DNA of 64,000 nt from Cyanobacteria bacterium J06626_4 (lineage in GTDB: Bacteria; Cyanobacteriota; Cyanobacteriia; Phormidesmidales; Phormidesmidaceae), in the NCBI GenBank assembly GCA_038523235.1, contig JBCBJQ010000017.1:21637-85636 (forward strand). Reading direction: 5' to 3'. Numbering within the stretch: position 1 is the stretch's first letter; the number at the start of each line of letters is the position of its first letter. This document shows positions 32,328 through 42,129 of this stretch, piece after piece. The translations under genes and the position numbers were made by a program. The notes beneath the pieces are model-generated. The model made no database searches. It worked only from the letters and a program-made list of their open reading frames with translations, and had not been told where the DNA came from.

Positions 32328-32507
32328 CCACAGCAGAATTCAGAATGTGGAAGTTGGAATTGCAGGCCTGAGCAAACAATAATTTCAGCAATCTGGGATC
32401 ACCCGCTCAAACCGCAGCTATCTTTCCCTGTGGGCGAGGTGGCATGAGCAAACGCTACGCTCAAATCATGACAGCTGCGGTATCTGTGCGTAGCGCTGTA
32501 ACGCCTG

Positions 32508-33440
32508 TCAGGTCTTTGACGAATTCTGTGACTCGGACTTGTGTGGCGGCTTGTGAGAGTGAAACCGAATACCCAGCACGACGTCATAGAGAAAGCCGAA
32601 GAAGTCCTTAGCGCCGGTCAAAATGCCCAGCGATTGGGGTGAGCCCTTCGAGTCGAGCAAGGGCTTCATCACTTCATAGGTCGGCTTGTAGCGATACCAG
32701 GGGACTGAGGGCCACAGGTGGTGAACCAGGTGATAGTTTTGGCCCATGATCAGCAGGTTCAAAATGCTGCTGGGGTAAACGCGAGCATTTTTCCAACGAT
32801 CGCGGTCTTCGAAAGGGCGGTGGGGCAGATAGTCAAAAAACAGGCCCAGGGCAATGCCGACAACGAGAGCTGGTGAAAACCAGTAGTTAAAGAGATAGCC
32901 CAAAAAGTCAAACTGACAGGCGGTGAATACCAGCAAGCCGACTGCTAAGCGACCGAGAAACCATTCCAACAGTTCCCAATGGCGCCAGAGCCGCCGTTGA
33001 AAGAAATAAATTTCGTGATAGAAAAAGCGGGCGGCAATGAGCCACAGCGGCCCGCCCGTGGAAACAAAGTGATCAGGGTCGTTTTCGGGATCGTTCACAT
33101 GGGCATGATGCTGCAGATGCACGCGCGTAAAGACCGGGTAAGAGAAGCCTAGAATCAGTGCACTCGCGTGGCCCAAAACGGCATTTACAATGCGATTGCG
33201 GTGAGCAGAATTATGAGAAGCATCGTGAATCACCGTCCCTGCTAGGTGCAGAGATACCACATTCATGCAAAAGACACACCAACTGGCCCAACCCCACAAA
33301 AAATAACCGGCTGTCGACGTGGCAATGAGAGCCACCGAAAACAGCAACATCAATAAGTTGGGACTCAATCCGCCATCAGCTTTGAGATAGTCTGAGGGAA
33401 CGGTTCTGGGCAGTGTCAGGGGCTGACCGGCCACCGACAT
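32508..33440 (-). CDS. crtR: Beta-carotene hydroxylase
   Basis: His boxes HDASH, HLQHH, HLVHH; DPENDPDHFVSTGGPLWLIAARF. Confidence 0.95.
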   Translation of the reverse strand: MSVAGQPLTLPRTVPSDYLKADGGLSPNLLMLLFSVALIATSTAGYFLWGWASWCVFCMNVVSLHLAGTVIHDASHNSAHRNRIVNAVLGHASALILGFSYPVFTRVHLQHHAHVNDPENDPDHFVSTGGPLWLIAARFFYHEIYFFQRRLWRHWELLEWFLGRLAVGLLVFTACQFDFLGYLFNYWFSPALVVGIALGLFFDYLPHRPFEDRDRWKNARVYPSSILNLLIMGQNYHLVHHLWPSVPWYRYKPTYEVMKPLLDSKGSPQSLGILTGAKDFFGFLYDVVLGIRFHSHKPPHKSESQNSSKT

Positions 33441-33817
33441 ACGCAAAGCTCCTTATAATCTGACTCAGGTAGTATACGTCACTCAGGGGCGATAATAAAG
33501 TTTTGTGACGTTTCTCATTTAACTATTGCGATCGCCTATGAGCGCTTCTGCATTATCGGCTTGAGCGGGCAGTTTGCCGGATTATTGCCGTTTTCTTTCA
33601 GCTTTACCGGCAGTCTGGTTCATTGAGCGCCCAGAAATCTCATGATGCTCGCTCAATTGGCCCTTTAGACTTTATCTCAACCGCCTTAGACATCGTCGGG
33701 CAAGGGGTAACATGCTACTATCCCGGAGGTTTACGCAAGCGTTGTGATGGGCTGGTTCCGTTTGGTGAACGGCTCTTTACCTGACGCGTGCCTGCGCTCA
33801 TTTTCCCTAAAACGGTT

Positions 33818-35608
33818 ATGCAACTTCGAACTGCTCTGCGACGCACCAAGATCGTGGCCACCATTGGGCCTGCTACCCAAGATGCTGATGTCTTGCGATC
33901 GCTGATCGAAGCGGGTGCCACCACCCTCCGCCTCAATTTTTCCCACGGCACCTACGAAGATCATCAGCGCAGCGTTCGCCTCATTCGCCAAGTTTCCTTT
34001 GAACTCAATCAGCCCGTGGGGATCTTGCAAGACCTGCAGGGTCCCAAAATTCGCCTCGGTCGCTTTGCCGATGGCTCCATCCATCTAAATAAGGGGGATA
34101 AATTTACCCTCACAAGTCGGTCTCTACCGGGCACCCAGAGCATCAGCTCGGTCACCTACGAACCGCTGGCCCAAGAAGTGCCCAATGGCGCCACCATTTT
34201 GCTCGACGACGGCAAGGTCGAGATGAAAGTGGAAGCGATTGATAAAGAGCAGAATGAACTGCACTGTCGGGTCGTGGTGGGCGGCGTGCTGTCGAACAAC
34301 AAAGGGGTGAACTTCCCTGGCGTGTATCTGTCGATTAAGGCGCTGACCGATAAGGATCGCAAAGATCTACTCTTTGGCCTGAATCAAGGAGTGGATTGGG
34401 TGGCCCTCAGCTTTGTGCGGAACCCACAGGACGTGCTCGAAATCAAAGAGCTGATCGCTAATGCCGGTAAGCGGGTACCCGTCATTGTCAAAATCGAGAA
34501 GCACGAAGCGATCGAGCAGATGGATGCCATTCTGTCGCTGTCAGACGGCGTCATGGTGGCGCGGGGGGACTTGGGTGTTGAACTGCCCCCCGAAGAGGTG
34601 CCCATTTTGCAAAAGCGGTTAATTAACACGTCTAACCGGCTTGGCATTCCGGTCATCACTGCGACTCAGATGCTCGATAGCATGGTCAACAATCCCCGAC
34701 CGACTCGGGCCGAAGTTTCTGACATTGCCAACGCCATTCTTGATGGCACTGATGCGGTTATGCTCTCGAACGAAACGGCAGTGGGTAAGCATCCCGTCGA
34801 GGCGGTGGCGACGATGGCCCGCGTCGCCTTGCGAACCGAGCAGGAAAATTTTGCCCACGAAGCCCAAGATATGGTGGGCTCGCCGCGATCGATTCCCAAT
34901 GCGATCAGTCAGGCGGTGGCGCGCATTGCCTCACAGCTTAGTGCCTCCGCCATCATGACCCTGACGAAGTCAGGGGCAACGGCCCGTAACGTTTCCAAAT
35001 TCCGACCGAAGACGCCCATTTTAGCGGTGACGCCCCACGTGTCTGTTTCCCGGCAGCTGCAGTTGGTTTGGGGCGTGCGGCCTCTGGTGGTGCTCGATTT
35101 GCCTTCGGCTAGTCAAACCTTTCAAGCGGCGATGAACGTGGCGCAAGAAAAAGGGTTTTTGCGCGAAGGTGATTTGGTGGTGATGACCGCCGGTACTCTG
35201 CAGGGCATCTCGGGTTCAACGGATTTGATCAAGGTAGATATTGTGACGGCGGTGCTAGGTACCGGGGTCGGTATTGGTGAAGGGACGGTGAGCGGTCGGG
35301 CTCGCGTCGCGCAAACGGGATTAGACGTGACGGACTTTAACCCCGGTGAAATTTTGGTGGTGACGCACACGAGCGCCGACTATGTCGAAGCGATTCGTCA
35401 GGCGGGGGGCATTGTGACCGAAGATGACAACCTGACGGGGCATGCGGCAGTGCTGGGTCTACGGTTAGGCATCCCGGTGATTGTGGGGGTGAAAAACGCC
35501 ACCGAAACGATTCGCGACGGCACTATTTTGACCTTAGATACGCGCCGGGGCCTGGTCTACTCGGGGTCTCTCGGTGCAGTGCGGGCAGAAGCATCGCTCG
35601 TGGTGTAA
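33818..35608 (+). CDS. pyk: Pyruvate kinase with C-terminal PEP-utilising mobile domain
   Basis: RRTKIVATIGP, DLQGPKIR, MVARGDLGVE, ATQMLDSM, MLSNETA; tail TGHAAV. Confidence 0.97.
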   Translation: MQLRTALRRTKIVATIGPATQDADVLRSLIEAGATTLRLNFSHGTYEDHQRSVRLIRQVSFELNQPVGILQDLQGPKIRLGRFADGSIHLNKGDKFTLTSRSLPGTQSISSVTYEPLAQEVPNGATILLDDGKVEMKVEAIDKEQNELHCRVVVGGVLSNNKGVNFPGVYLSIKALTDKDRKDLLFGLNQGVDWVALSFVRNPQDVLEIKELIANAGKRVPVIVKIEKHEAIEQMDAILSLSDGVMVARGDLGVELPPEEVPILQKRLINTSNRLGIPVITATQMLDSMVNNPRPTRAEVSDIANAILDGTDAVMLSNETAVGKHPVEAVATMARVALRTEQENFAHEAQDMVGSPRSIPNAISQAVARIASQLSASAIMTLTKSGATARNVSKFRPKTPILAVTPHVSVSRQLQLVWGVRPLVVLDLPSASQTFQAAMNVAQEKGFLREGDLVVMTAGTLQGISGSTDLIKVDIVTAVLGTGVGIGEGTVSGRARVAQTGLDVTDFNPGEILVVTHTSADYVEAIRQAGGIVTEDDNLTGHAAVLGLRLGIPVIVGVKNATETIRDGTILTLDTRRGLVYSGSLGAVRAEASLVV

Positions 35609-35846
35609 GACAGAATGCGGTTGATGTGGCCATGGTCAGATGTCTGGGAGAGAGGCAGGGGCGCTGGAAAGCGCGGGAGCAACAAAACTAGCTCTCCGGC
35701 TTTTCCAAGATGGCATCAGGAGTCCGAGCACTCAGAAGGGCTATTTATCTACATTGTGAGTATGCCACCAGGATTCGTTGGTCATTCGTCATCAGGGCGA
35801 CTCCATCTGGGCACTCTGAGACAATACACTTGGTGCGGCAAGGGTA

Positions 35847-37724
35847 ATGGCTCCCATGGAACTCAAACAATTGACCTTGGTCAGCGGCAAGGGCGGCGTC
35901 GGCAAAACCACCTTTTCCTGTGCGATTGCCCTCTCCCAGGCGCAGCAGCAGCCGGATGAACAGGTGCTGCTGCTCTCGACTGATCCGGCCCATTCCCTCG
36001 GGGATGTGTTGCTGCTGCCGGTGGATGACGAGGCGCGATCGCACCCCGATGCCGCCAACCTTAGGGTGCGGGCGCTAGATGCCGAAGCGTTACTGCAAGC
36101 TTTTAAGGCTGACTATGGCAGCGTGCTCGAAACCCTGGTAGAGCGGGGCAGTTTTGTCGAAGATGACGATCTTTCCCCCGTGTGGGATATGGATTGGCCC
36201 GGTCTGAACGAACTGATGGGGCTGCTTGAAATTCAACGCATTTTGCGGGCGGGCGAGGCTGATCGCGTCATCGTTGATATGGCCCCCAGTGGTCATACGC
36301 TCAACCTGTTTGGGCTGATGGATTTTCTCGATACGCTGCTGCAATCGCTGCGGCTGTTTCAAGACAAGCACCGTTATATGATCGAAGCGCTCTCCAAAAC
36401 CAAAAGTTACGACCCAGACGACGCTGACACCTTTTTAGACGATATGACTGCCGACTTGGCCGCCGGGCGATCGCAGCTGCAAGATGCTGCCCGCACCGCC
36501 TGTTGGGTGGTGGCAATTCCCGAGCCATTGAGTCTGCGTGAAACGGAACGCTTTGTCGAGGCTTTAGACGAGCTGCACATTCCCCTCGGCGGCATTGTGG
36601 TCAATCGGCTGACGGGCAGTGCCGGACAAAATCAGCATCTGGCTGGGTTCGACCAGATTCCGGCCCCTCATACGGTGTTGGGGCTACCGCTGTGGCCGCT
36701 GGAGCCGGTAGGCAGTGAGGCGCTGCAGTCGCTGTTGACCGGGCTGACCTCGACGCAAACCTGGCAGACCAAAACTACTCCTGAAACCACCCTGACTTGG
36801 CCTGAGCCCTTGTTCCCGGGACTAGATGATTTCATCACGGCGGGTCGGCGATTGGTGATTTTAGGCGGCAAAGGCGGCGTCGGCAAAACCACCGTCGCGG
36901 CGGCGATCGCTACCGGCATGGCCCAGCAGCATCCCCAAGCTGCTGTGCGCGTCATGTCGATTGACCCGGCCCACTCGCTGGGAGACGCCTTGGAGGTCAC
37001 GCTGCAGAATGAGCCGGTACCCATCACGGGTAATCTCTCGGCGCAAGAAGTGGATGCCGATATCATTCTCGATCAATTTCGCCATGATTACCTTTGGGAG
37101 CTGGCCGAAATGATGAGCGGCGACACGGGCGACGATGGCCTGCAAATCGCCTATGGCCCCGAAGCGTGGCGACAGATCGTGGCGCAAGCCTTGCCTGGCA
37201 TTGATGAAATGCTCTCGCTCATCACCGTGATTGACCTGCTAGAGCAAAATCAAGAACAGCTGATTGTGCTGGATACGGCTCCCACGGGTCACCTGCTCCG
37301 CTTTTTAGAAATGCCAGTGGCACTCGGTGACTGGCTCGCCTGGATCTTTAAGCTGTGGATCAAGTATCAGCATGTGGTGGGCCGTACAGAACTGATGGGA
37401 CGGCTGCGAACCCTGCGTAAACAGGTGATGAACGCGCAAAAGCGCCTGACTGACCCCACCCACACCGAATTCATTGGTGTGGTGCAAAACCAGTCGGCCA
37501 TTCTGGCAGAAGCGGCTCGCCTCAACACCACTCTGACCGATATGCAAGTTGCCCAGCGCTATGTCGTGCATAACCGCTATCAGACTGGGCAAGCGCTCCC
37601 TGAGGAACTGTTTGCTGATCAAACTGTGGTGCGGCTACCGGCGCTCCCCGACAGCGTCAGTCCGAGGGCTCAGGTGGAGGGAGCAGCGCGTCTCTTGTTT
37701 GCGGCCAGCAGCGCTTGTGCTTAA
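35847..37724 (+). CDS. Tandem-domain ArsA/GET3-family ATPase
   Basis: Two GKGGVGKTT P-loops, STDPAHSL/SIDPAHSL, DMAPSGH and DTAPTGH. Confidence 0.92.
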   Translation: MAPMELKQLTLVSGKGGVGKTTFSCAIALSQAQQQPDEQVLLLSTDPAHSLGDVLLLPVDDEARSHPDAANLRVRALDAEALLQAFKADYGSVLETLVERGSFVEDDDLSPVWDMDWPGLNELMGLLEIQRILRAGEADRVIVDMAPSGHTLNLFGLMDFLDTLLQSLRLFQDKHRYMIEALSKTKSYDPDDADTFLDDMTADLAAGRSQLQDAARTACWVVAIPEPLSLRETERFVEALDELHIPLGGIVVNRLTGSAGQNQHLAGFDQIPAPHTVLGLPLWPLEPVGSEALQSLLTGLTSTQTWQTKTTPETTLTWPEPLFPGLDDFITAGRRLVILGGKGGVGKTTVAAAIATGMAQQHPQAAVRVMSIDPAHSLGDALEVTLQNEPVPITGNLSAQEVDADIILDQFRHDYLWELAEMMSGDTGDDGLQIAYGPEAWRQIVAQALPGIDEMLSLITVIDLLEQNQEQLIVLDTAPTGHLLRFLEMPVALGDWLAWIFKLWIKYQHVVGRTELMGRLRTLRKQVMNAQKRLTDPTHTEFIGVVQNQSAILAEAARLNTTLTDMQVAQRYVVHNRYQTGQALPEELFADQTVVRLPALPDSVSPRAQVEGAARLLFAASSACA

Positions 37725-38001
37725 GGTCTGGTTCAGGGCAAGACTCGTTGACCCATGAGCCACCCTCAGGCTTGTTATGTGCATTCTGAATGCGGTGATG
37801 GAGGCGCTGTCATCCGACCCATTTAAAGTGTGTACTTGAATTCATGAAGAACGCTGAAGTAACGATTGTGTCTATGTTTGACGCTTTGTAACAGGTGTCA
37901 GCTCGCCGCGCGATCGCCCCCTAGCTTCCTGATAACGTGGGTGGAGCTAATGGTTGCCATTGCCCTAGGCCAGCGCCGATGGGCACCGTATCAGGAGAAT
38001 T

Positions 38002-39060
38002 ATGGTCAGCACTGTTCCTCACTCACCCAGCGTCAAAACGACCGTCGAAGAGACCCTGCTCGCGCCTCGGTTTTATACCACCAACTTTGACAAAGCCGCT
38101 GAGATGGATTTGTCTCAGGGCGAAGAAGAACTGCAGGCGATGCTGGCCGAAATGCAGGCCGACTACAACCGCTATCATTTTGTTCGCACTGAAGCCTTTG
38201 AAGCCGCCTGGAATCACATTCAAGGGGAAGAACGCGCGGCCTTTGTCGATTATTTAGAACGTTCCTGCGTCTCAGAATTTTCAGGCTTTCTGCTCTTCAA
38301 AGAACTGTCGCGCAAGCTCAAGCAGCGCAGCCCCTTGCTGGCCGAAATTTTTCACCTGATGGCCCGCGATGAGGCCCGCCACGCTGGTTTTATCAACAAA
38401 GCCATGGCGGATTTCAACATTTCCCTCGATCTGGCGAAGCTGACGAAAAACCGGACTTACACCTTTTTTCCGGTGGAGTGGGTGATCTATGCGGTTTATC
38501 TGTCGGAGAAAATTGGCTACTGGCGCTATATTCTGATTTTTCATCATCTCGAAAAGCAGCCTGAGAATAAGTTCTATCCGCTGTTTGACTACTTTGAAAG
38601 CTGGTGCCAAGACGAAAACCGTCACGGCGACATCTTCAAAGCGCTATTGCGATCGCAGCCCCATATGTGGCAAGGCTGGCAGGCACGATTTTGGAGTCGT
38701 TTCTTTCTGCTGTCGGTGTTTGCGACTCACTCATTAACCGTTCACGAACGCAGCAAATTTTATGAAATGCTGGGGTTAGACGCGGCGGCCTTTGACGAAG
38801 AAGTGGTGCGACAGACCAACGCTACGGCGGCGCGGGCTTTTCCGGTCATGCTGAATGTCGATCATCCCGACTTTTTTAAACGGCTTGATCGCTGTGTCGA
38901 GCGGAATGTGCAATTGAAGGCGATCGCCACCAGTAACCTGCCGCGCCCCTTCAAGTTATTGCGCAAAGTGCCCCATATTTTGGGCACCGCTGGTGATCTG
39001 CTCCGCTTGTTCCTGCTAAAACCCATCGATACCGAATCCCTGCGCGCTACGGTTCGATAA
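38002..39060 (+). CDS. acsF: Mg-protoporphyrin IX monomethyl ester oxidative cyclase
   Basis: PRFYTTNF, ERSCVSEFSGFLL, ARDEARHAGF, YLSEKIGYWRY, WCQDENRHGD di-iron motifs. Confidence 0.95.
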   Translation: MVSTVPHSPSVKTTVEETLLAPRFYTTNFDKAAEMDLSQGEEELQAMLAEMQADYNRYHFVRTEAFEAAWNHIQGEERAAFVDYLERSCVSEFSGFLLFKELSRKLKQRSPLLAEIFHLMARDEARHAGFINKAMADFNISLDLAKLTKNRTYTFFPVEWVIYAVYLSEKIGYWRYILIFHHLEKQPENKFYPLFDYFESWCQDENRHGDIFKALLRSQPHMWQGWQARFWSRFFLLSVFATHSLTVHERSKFYEMLGLDAAAFDEEVVRQTNATAARAFPVMLNVDHPDFFKRLDRCVERNVQLKAIATSNLPRPFKLLRKVPHILGTAGDLLRLFLLKPIDTESLRATVR

Positions 39061-39265
39061 GGATTCCGAACCGCCCACACCTTCTGTCTCTAGAACGCCT
39101 GCTGTCAGCATTGGGCACTGCTAAATCTTGACAGCAGGCGTTTGACCATTTTGGGCAACCCTCTGCATTTTGAACTCTGAATCCCGAATTTCTCCTTCAA
39201 ATTGCTCCCGACTGCCCTGCCCCCCTATGCAACAATGATGGGTCTGTGCCGTTACTCTCCACTTT

Positions 39266-40324
39266 ATGAATCCTGCCTCTTCCCCGTCTGCCGACAGCAT
39301 TGCTGCGGCGCTCGACCCGAGCACCGACCTCAACTTTGCTCTGCCCAACCCCGAGGATGAGAACCTCTCAGAGCTTGAATTTCAGCGGCAGATTGAGCTG
39401 GCCTGGCAGGTGTGCGATCGCTTTGATTTGCAAACGGATATTTGGCGGGGGCGGATTATGCGTACGGTGCGCGATCGCGAAAAGCGCGGGGGCGATGGTC
39501 GGGGCACCGGGTTTTTGAATTGGCTGCGCGATCGTGAAATCACTAAAAGCCAGGCCTACTCGCTGATTGAGCTAGCGGAAAGTGCCGACACGCTGCTGCA
39601 AGATGGCATGTTAGAGCCCGAATCGGTCAACAACTTTAGCAAGCGAGCCTTTATCGAGACCGCACAGTCGGCCCCCGAAGTGCAGCAATTGGTAAGTGAT
39701 GCCGCCCAGCGCGGCGAGCAGATTACGCGTCGTGAAGTGCGGCAAATCTCGGATGAGTGGACTGCCATGACCTCCGATTTACTGCCTGCTGAACTGAAGG
39801 AAAAAGCTGCGAACAATACCATTCCTACCCGCTATCTCGCACCTCTGGTTAAGGAGATGGAAAAACTACCCGTTCCCCATCGGGAGACGCTCAGAACTGA
39901 GGTGATGCTCAACCCTGATATTGATACGCTGAAGCAAGTGACGGCTGAGGCTCGCTATCTGGCTAAATATTTAGAAGCGGCGGTACAGGTGCAGGCGCTC
40001 GACAGCGAAAACCTCGATTTAGAACAGGCCCTCGAAGAGGCGTTGCGGATTGGCTGTCTCAACGCGACGGCAGATCTAGTGAAACAAGCGGCGCAGCTAG
40101 AGCAGGCCACCGCTAAGCTTTATAACGCTTGGACTCAAATGAACAAGCTATCAGAACGGGTCTTTGTCGATAGCGGTTCGAGTACGCCGCAGCTGCGCAA
40201 TTTGTTGAGCCATTTAGAGCCTCTGACGAGTCAAACCCTAGAAGTACAGCTGGGCGATCCGGAAAGTCCGCTATCCCACATGGTGCGACTGCGATTGTTG
40301 TCGGCGGATGGTGGTGATGAGTGA
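39266..40324 (+). CDS. Hypothetical helical protein, probably conserved in cyanobacteria
   Basis: 352-aa ORF; AWQVCDRFDLQTDIWRGRI...GFLNWLRDREITKSQAYSLI. Confidence 0.8.
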   Translation: MNPASSPSADSIAAALDPSTDLNFALPNPEDENLSELEFQRQIELAWQVCDRFDLQTDIWRGRIMRTVRDREKRGGDGRGTGFLNWLRDREITKSQAYSLIELAESADTLLQDGMLEPESVNNFSKRAFIETAQSAPEVQQLVSDAAQRGEQITRREVRQISDEWTAMTSDLLPAELKEKAANNTIPTRYLAPLVKEMEKLPVPHRETLRTEVMLNPDIDTLKQVTAEARYLAKYLEAAVQVQALDSENLDLEQALEEALRIGCLNATADLVKQAAQLEQATAKLYNAWTQMNKLSERVFVDSGSSTPQLRNLLSHLEPLTSQTLEVQLGDPESPLSHMVRLRLLSADGGDE

Positions 40325-40466
40325 CGCGGCAGTGGAGAGTAATGAGTTAGCAGCGTGAGGGCGATCGCTAGTGGGCGATCGACTTGGACGCAACGATTTC
40401 TGTAAGTGGTCTCGTGGGTCGGGCGATCGCGAGTAAGATGCAGACAACGCCAGTGCCGCTGCCCCC

Positions 40467-41042
40467 ATGTCAGAAGAGTCGAACTTTGACGCACCCGGTA
40501 AGCCCCCGATTGACCCCGGTTTTACGCCGCCCGAAGAGGATGCTGCCAGCGATGGTGACAGGAAGTGGATCATTCCGGTGGTGGCGCTGGGCTGCGGCTG
40601 CGTCTGTTTGCCGTTGATAGTGGTTTTGTCGGTGCTGTTTGGTTTAGGTAGTTCGGTGCAGCGCCTCTACAAATCCACCGGCTCTTATCAGGTGTATCAA
40701 TTGGCATCGACTGAAGTCGAGTCCAGCGATGCAGTGGTTGAGGCGTTGGGCAGTCCGGTCGAGACGGGTTGGACGTCAAAAGTGCAAGAAACCTACCCGG
40801 CTGATGGGGTAGGGGAGGTCTGTATTCGATTTAACGTGTCTGGTGACGATCATCGCGGTAGTGTCTATGCCGAGGCGCAAAACGAACAGGGTGCTTGGCA
40901 GCTGTATCAGCTCAGCGTAGCGGTCAATGGTGAACCGGAGCCGCTAACGTTGCTCCCGCTCCCTACTGAGAGATCGCCCCTCTGCCCCGATTTTGACGAG
41001 CCTGAGCCTGAGCCCAACGCAGAAGAAACGCCGGTGATCTAG
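40467..41042 (+). CDS. Coa1-like (cytochrome c oxidase assembly factor 1 family) membrane protein
   Basis: One TM helix then VVEALGSPVETG, FNVSG..RGSVYAEA....WQLYQL. Confidence 0.7.
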   Translation: MSEESNFDAPGKPPIDPGFTPPEEDAASDGDRKWIIPVVALGCGCVCLPLIVVLSVLFGLGSSVQRLYKSTGSYQVYQLASTEVESSDAVVEALGSPVETGWTSKVQETYPADGVGEVCIRFNVSGDDHRGSVYAEAQNEQGAWQLYQLSVAVNGEPEPLTLLPLPTERSPLCPDFDEPEPEPNAEETPVI

Positions 41043-41045
41043 CGG

Positions 41046-41873
41046 CTAATCCTGCTGGTGGGAAAACTGATACGCTCCGGCGTAAGCCAAGGCGATCGCA
41101 AACCCACCCAACACCGGCAAGCTATACCAGGGAAACGCTGACAGCGGCTGGTAGGCAGCGGCCCGTAGGCCGATGGTGGTATAGGTAAGCGGCAGCAGAT
41201 AAACAATCCCTTTGAGTACGACTGGTAAGGTGCTTGGGTCAAAAAAGGTGCCGCCGAGAAATGACATCGGCACGATCAAAAAATTATTGAACAGACCGAC
41301 ACTTTCCAGTGATTTGACGTTCAAACCAACAATGACGCCTAAACCTGCAAACACGGCTGAGTTCAACACCAGCAAGCTGAGAAATAGCGGGTTCAAAAAG
41401 CTCCAGACCTGACCCGTAAACAAAACCGCCACCAAAATTACCGAAGCTGCCGTCATCATGCCCCGCACGATGCCCGCCAGCATCTTGCCCAGGTACAGCG
41501 CTAGGGGATGAACCGGATAGAGCAGCATTTCCTCAAAGGTTTTGGTGAAGAGGCGATCGCCGCAAATTGAAAAGGTGGTGCCGCCAAAGCTAATCACCAT
41601 CGAAGAAAGCGCTACCATGCCCGGCAGAATAAACTCCAGATAGTTGTCGCCGGCGGTGGGTTGGCTAACTTGATCGAGCGAACTACCCAGACCCAGACCA
41701 AACGCCAAGATGTAAATCAGCGGTGACACTAGCCCAGAAGCCGCGACTTGAGGAATGCGCACTCGCAAGTCGAGCCAGTCTCCCCAAAAAACGGTCAGGC
41801 TGTCGTCCACTAAGGTCTTGAGAAAGTGGCCCCAAGAAGACCGGCGAATTTTGCGAGGAGCGTTAACATCCAC
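41046..41873 (-). CDS. ABC-2 type transporter permease
   Basis: YLEFILPGMVAL, FEEMLLYPV, PMSFLGGTFF, LLPLTY. Confidence 0.92.
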   Translation of the reverse strand: MDVNAPRKIRRSSWGHFLKTLVDDSLTVFWGDWLDLRVRIPQVAASGLVSPLIYILAFGLGLGSSLDQVSQPTAGDNYLEFILPGMVALSSMVISFGGTTFSICGDRLFTKTFEEMLLYPVHPLALYLGKMLAGIVRGMMTAASVILVAVLFTGQVWSFLNPLFLSLLVLNSAVFAGLGVIVGLNVKSLESVGLFNNFLIVPMSFLGGTFFDPSTLPVVLKGIVYLLPLTYTTIGLRAAAYQPLSAFPWYSLPVLGGFAIALAYAGAYQFSHQQD

Positions 41874-42050
41874 AGTGGCGACCTGAGAAAAAGTGTTTAC
41901 AGTTTTTCACATAGCTTCTCTACTTTACCCTGAGTTGCGATAGGTTTTATCGTCCTAAAGTGGAACCGTCGATTTTGCTGAGGCGCTTTTGAGGCAATGA
42001 CTCAGCCTGTTAACTGGCCATTTCAGGGCGTCAGAGTGACCCATAAAAAT

Positions 42051-42064
42051 GGTACAAAAGTATT
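42051..42064 (+). promoter_or_regulatory. Putative cyanobacterial LexA box upstream of radA
   Basis: GGTACAAAAGTATT, one mismatch to RGTACNNNDGTWCB, 65 nt before the radA ATG. Confidence 0.45.
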
Positions 42065-42129
42065 TAACTGCTTGAAGCGATCGCTTGCTGGCGATATCAA
42101 CAGCCCCCAGATGGTTAGAGGCGTGGGCA

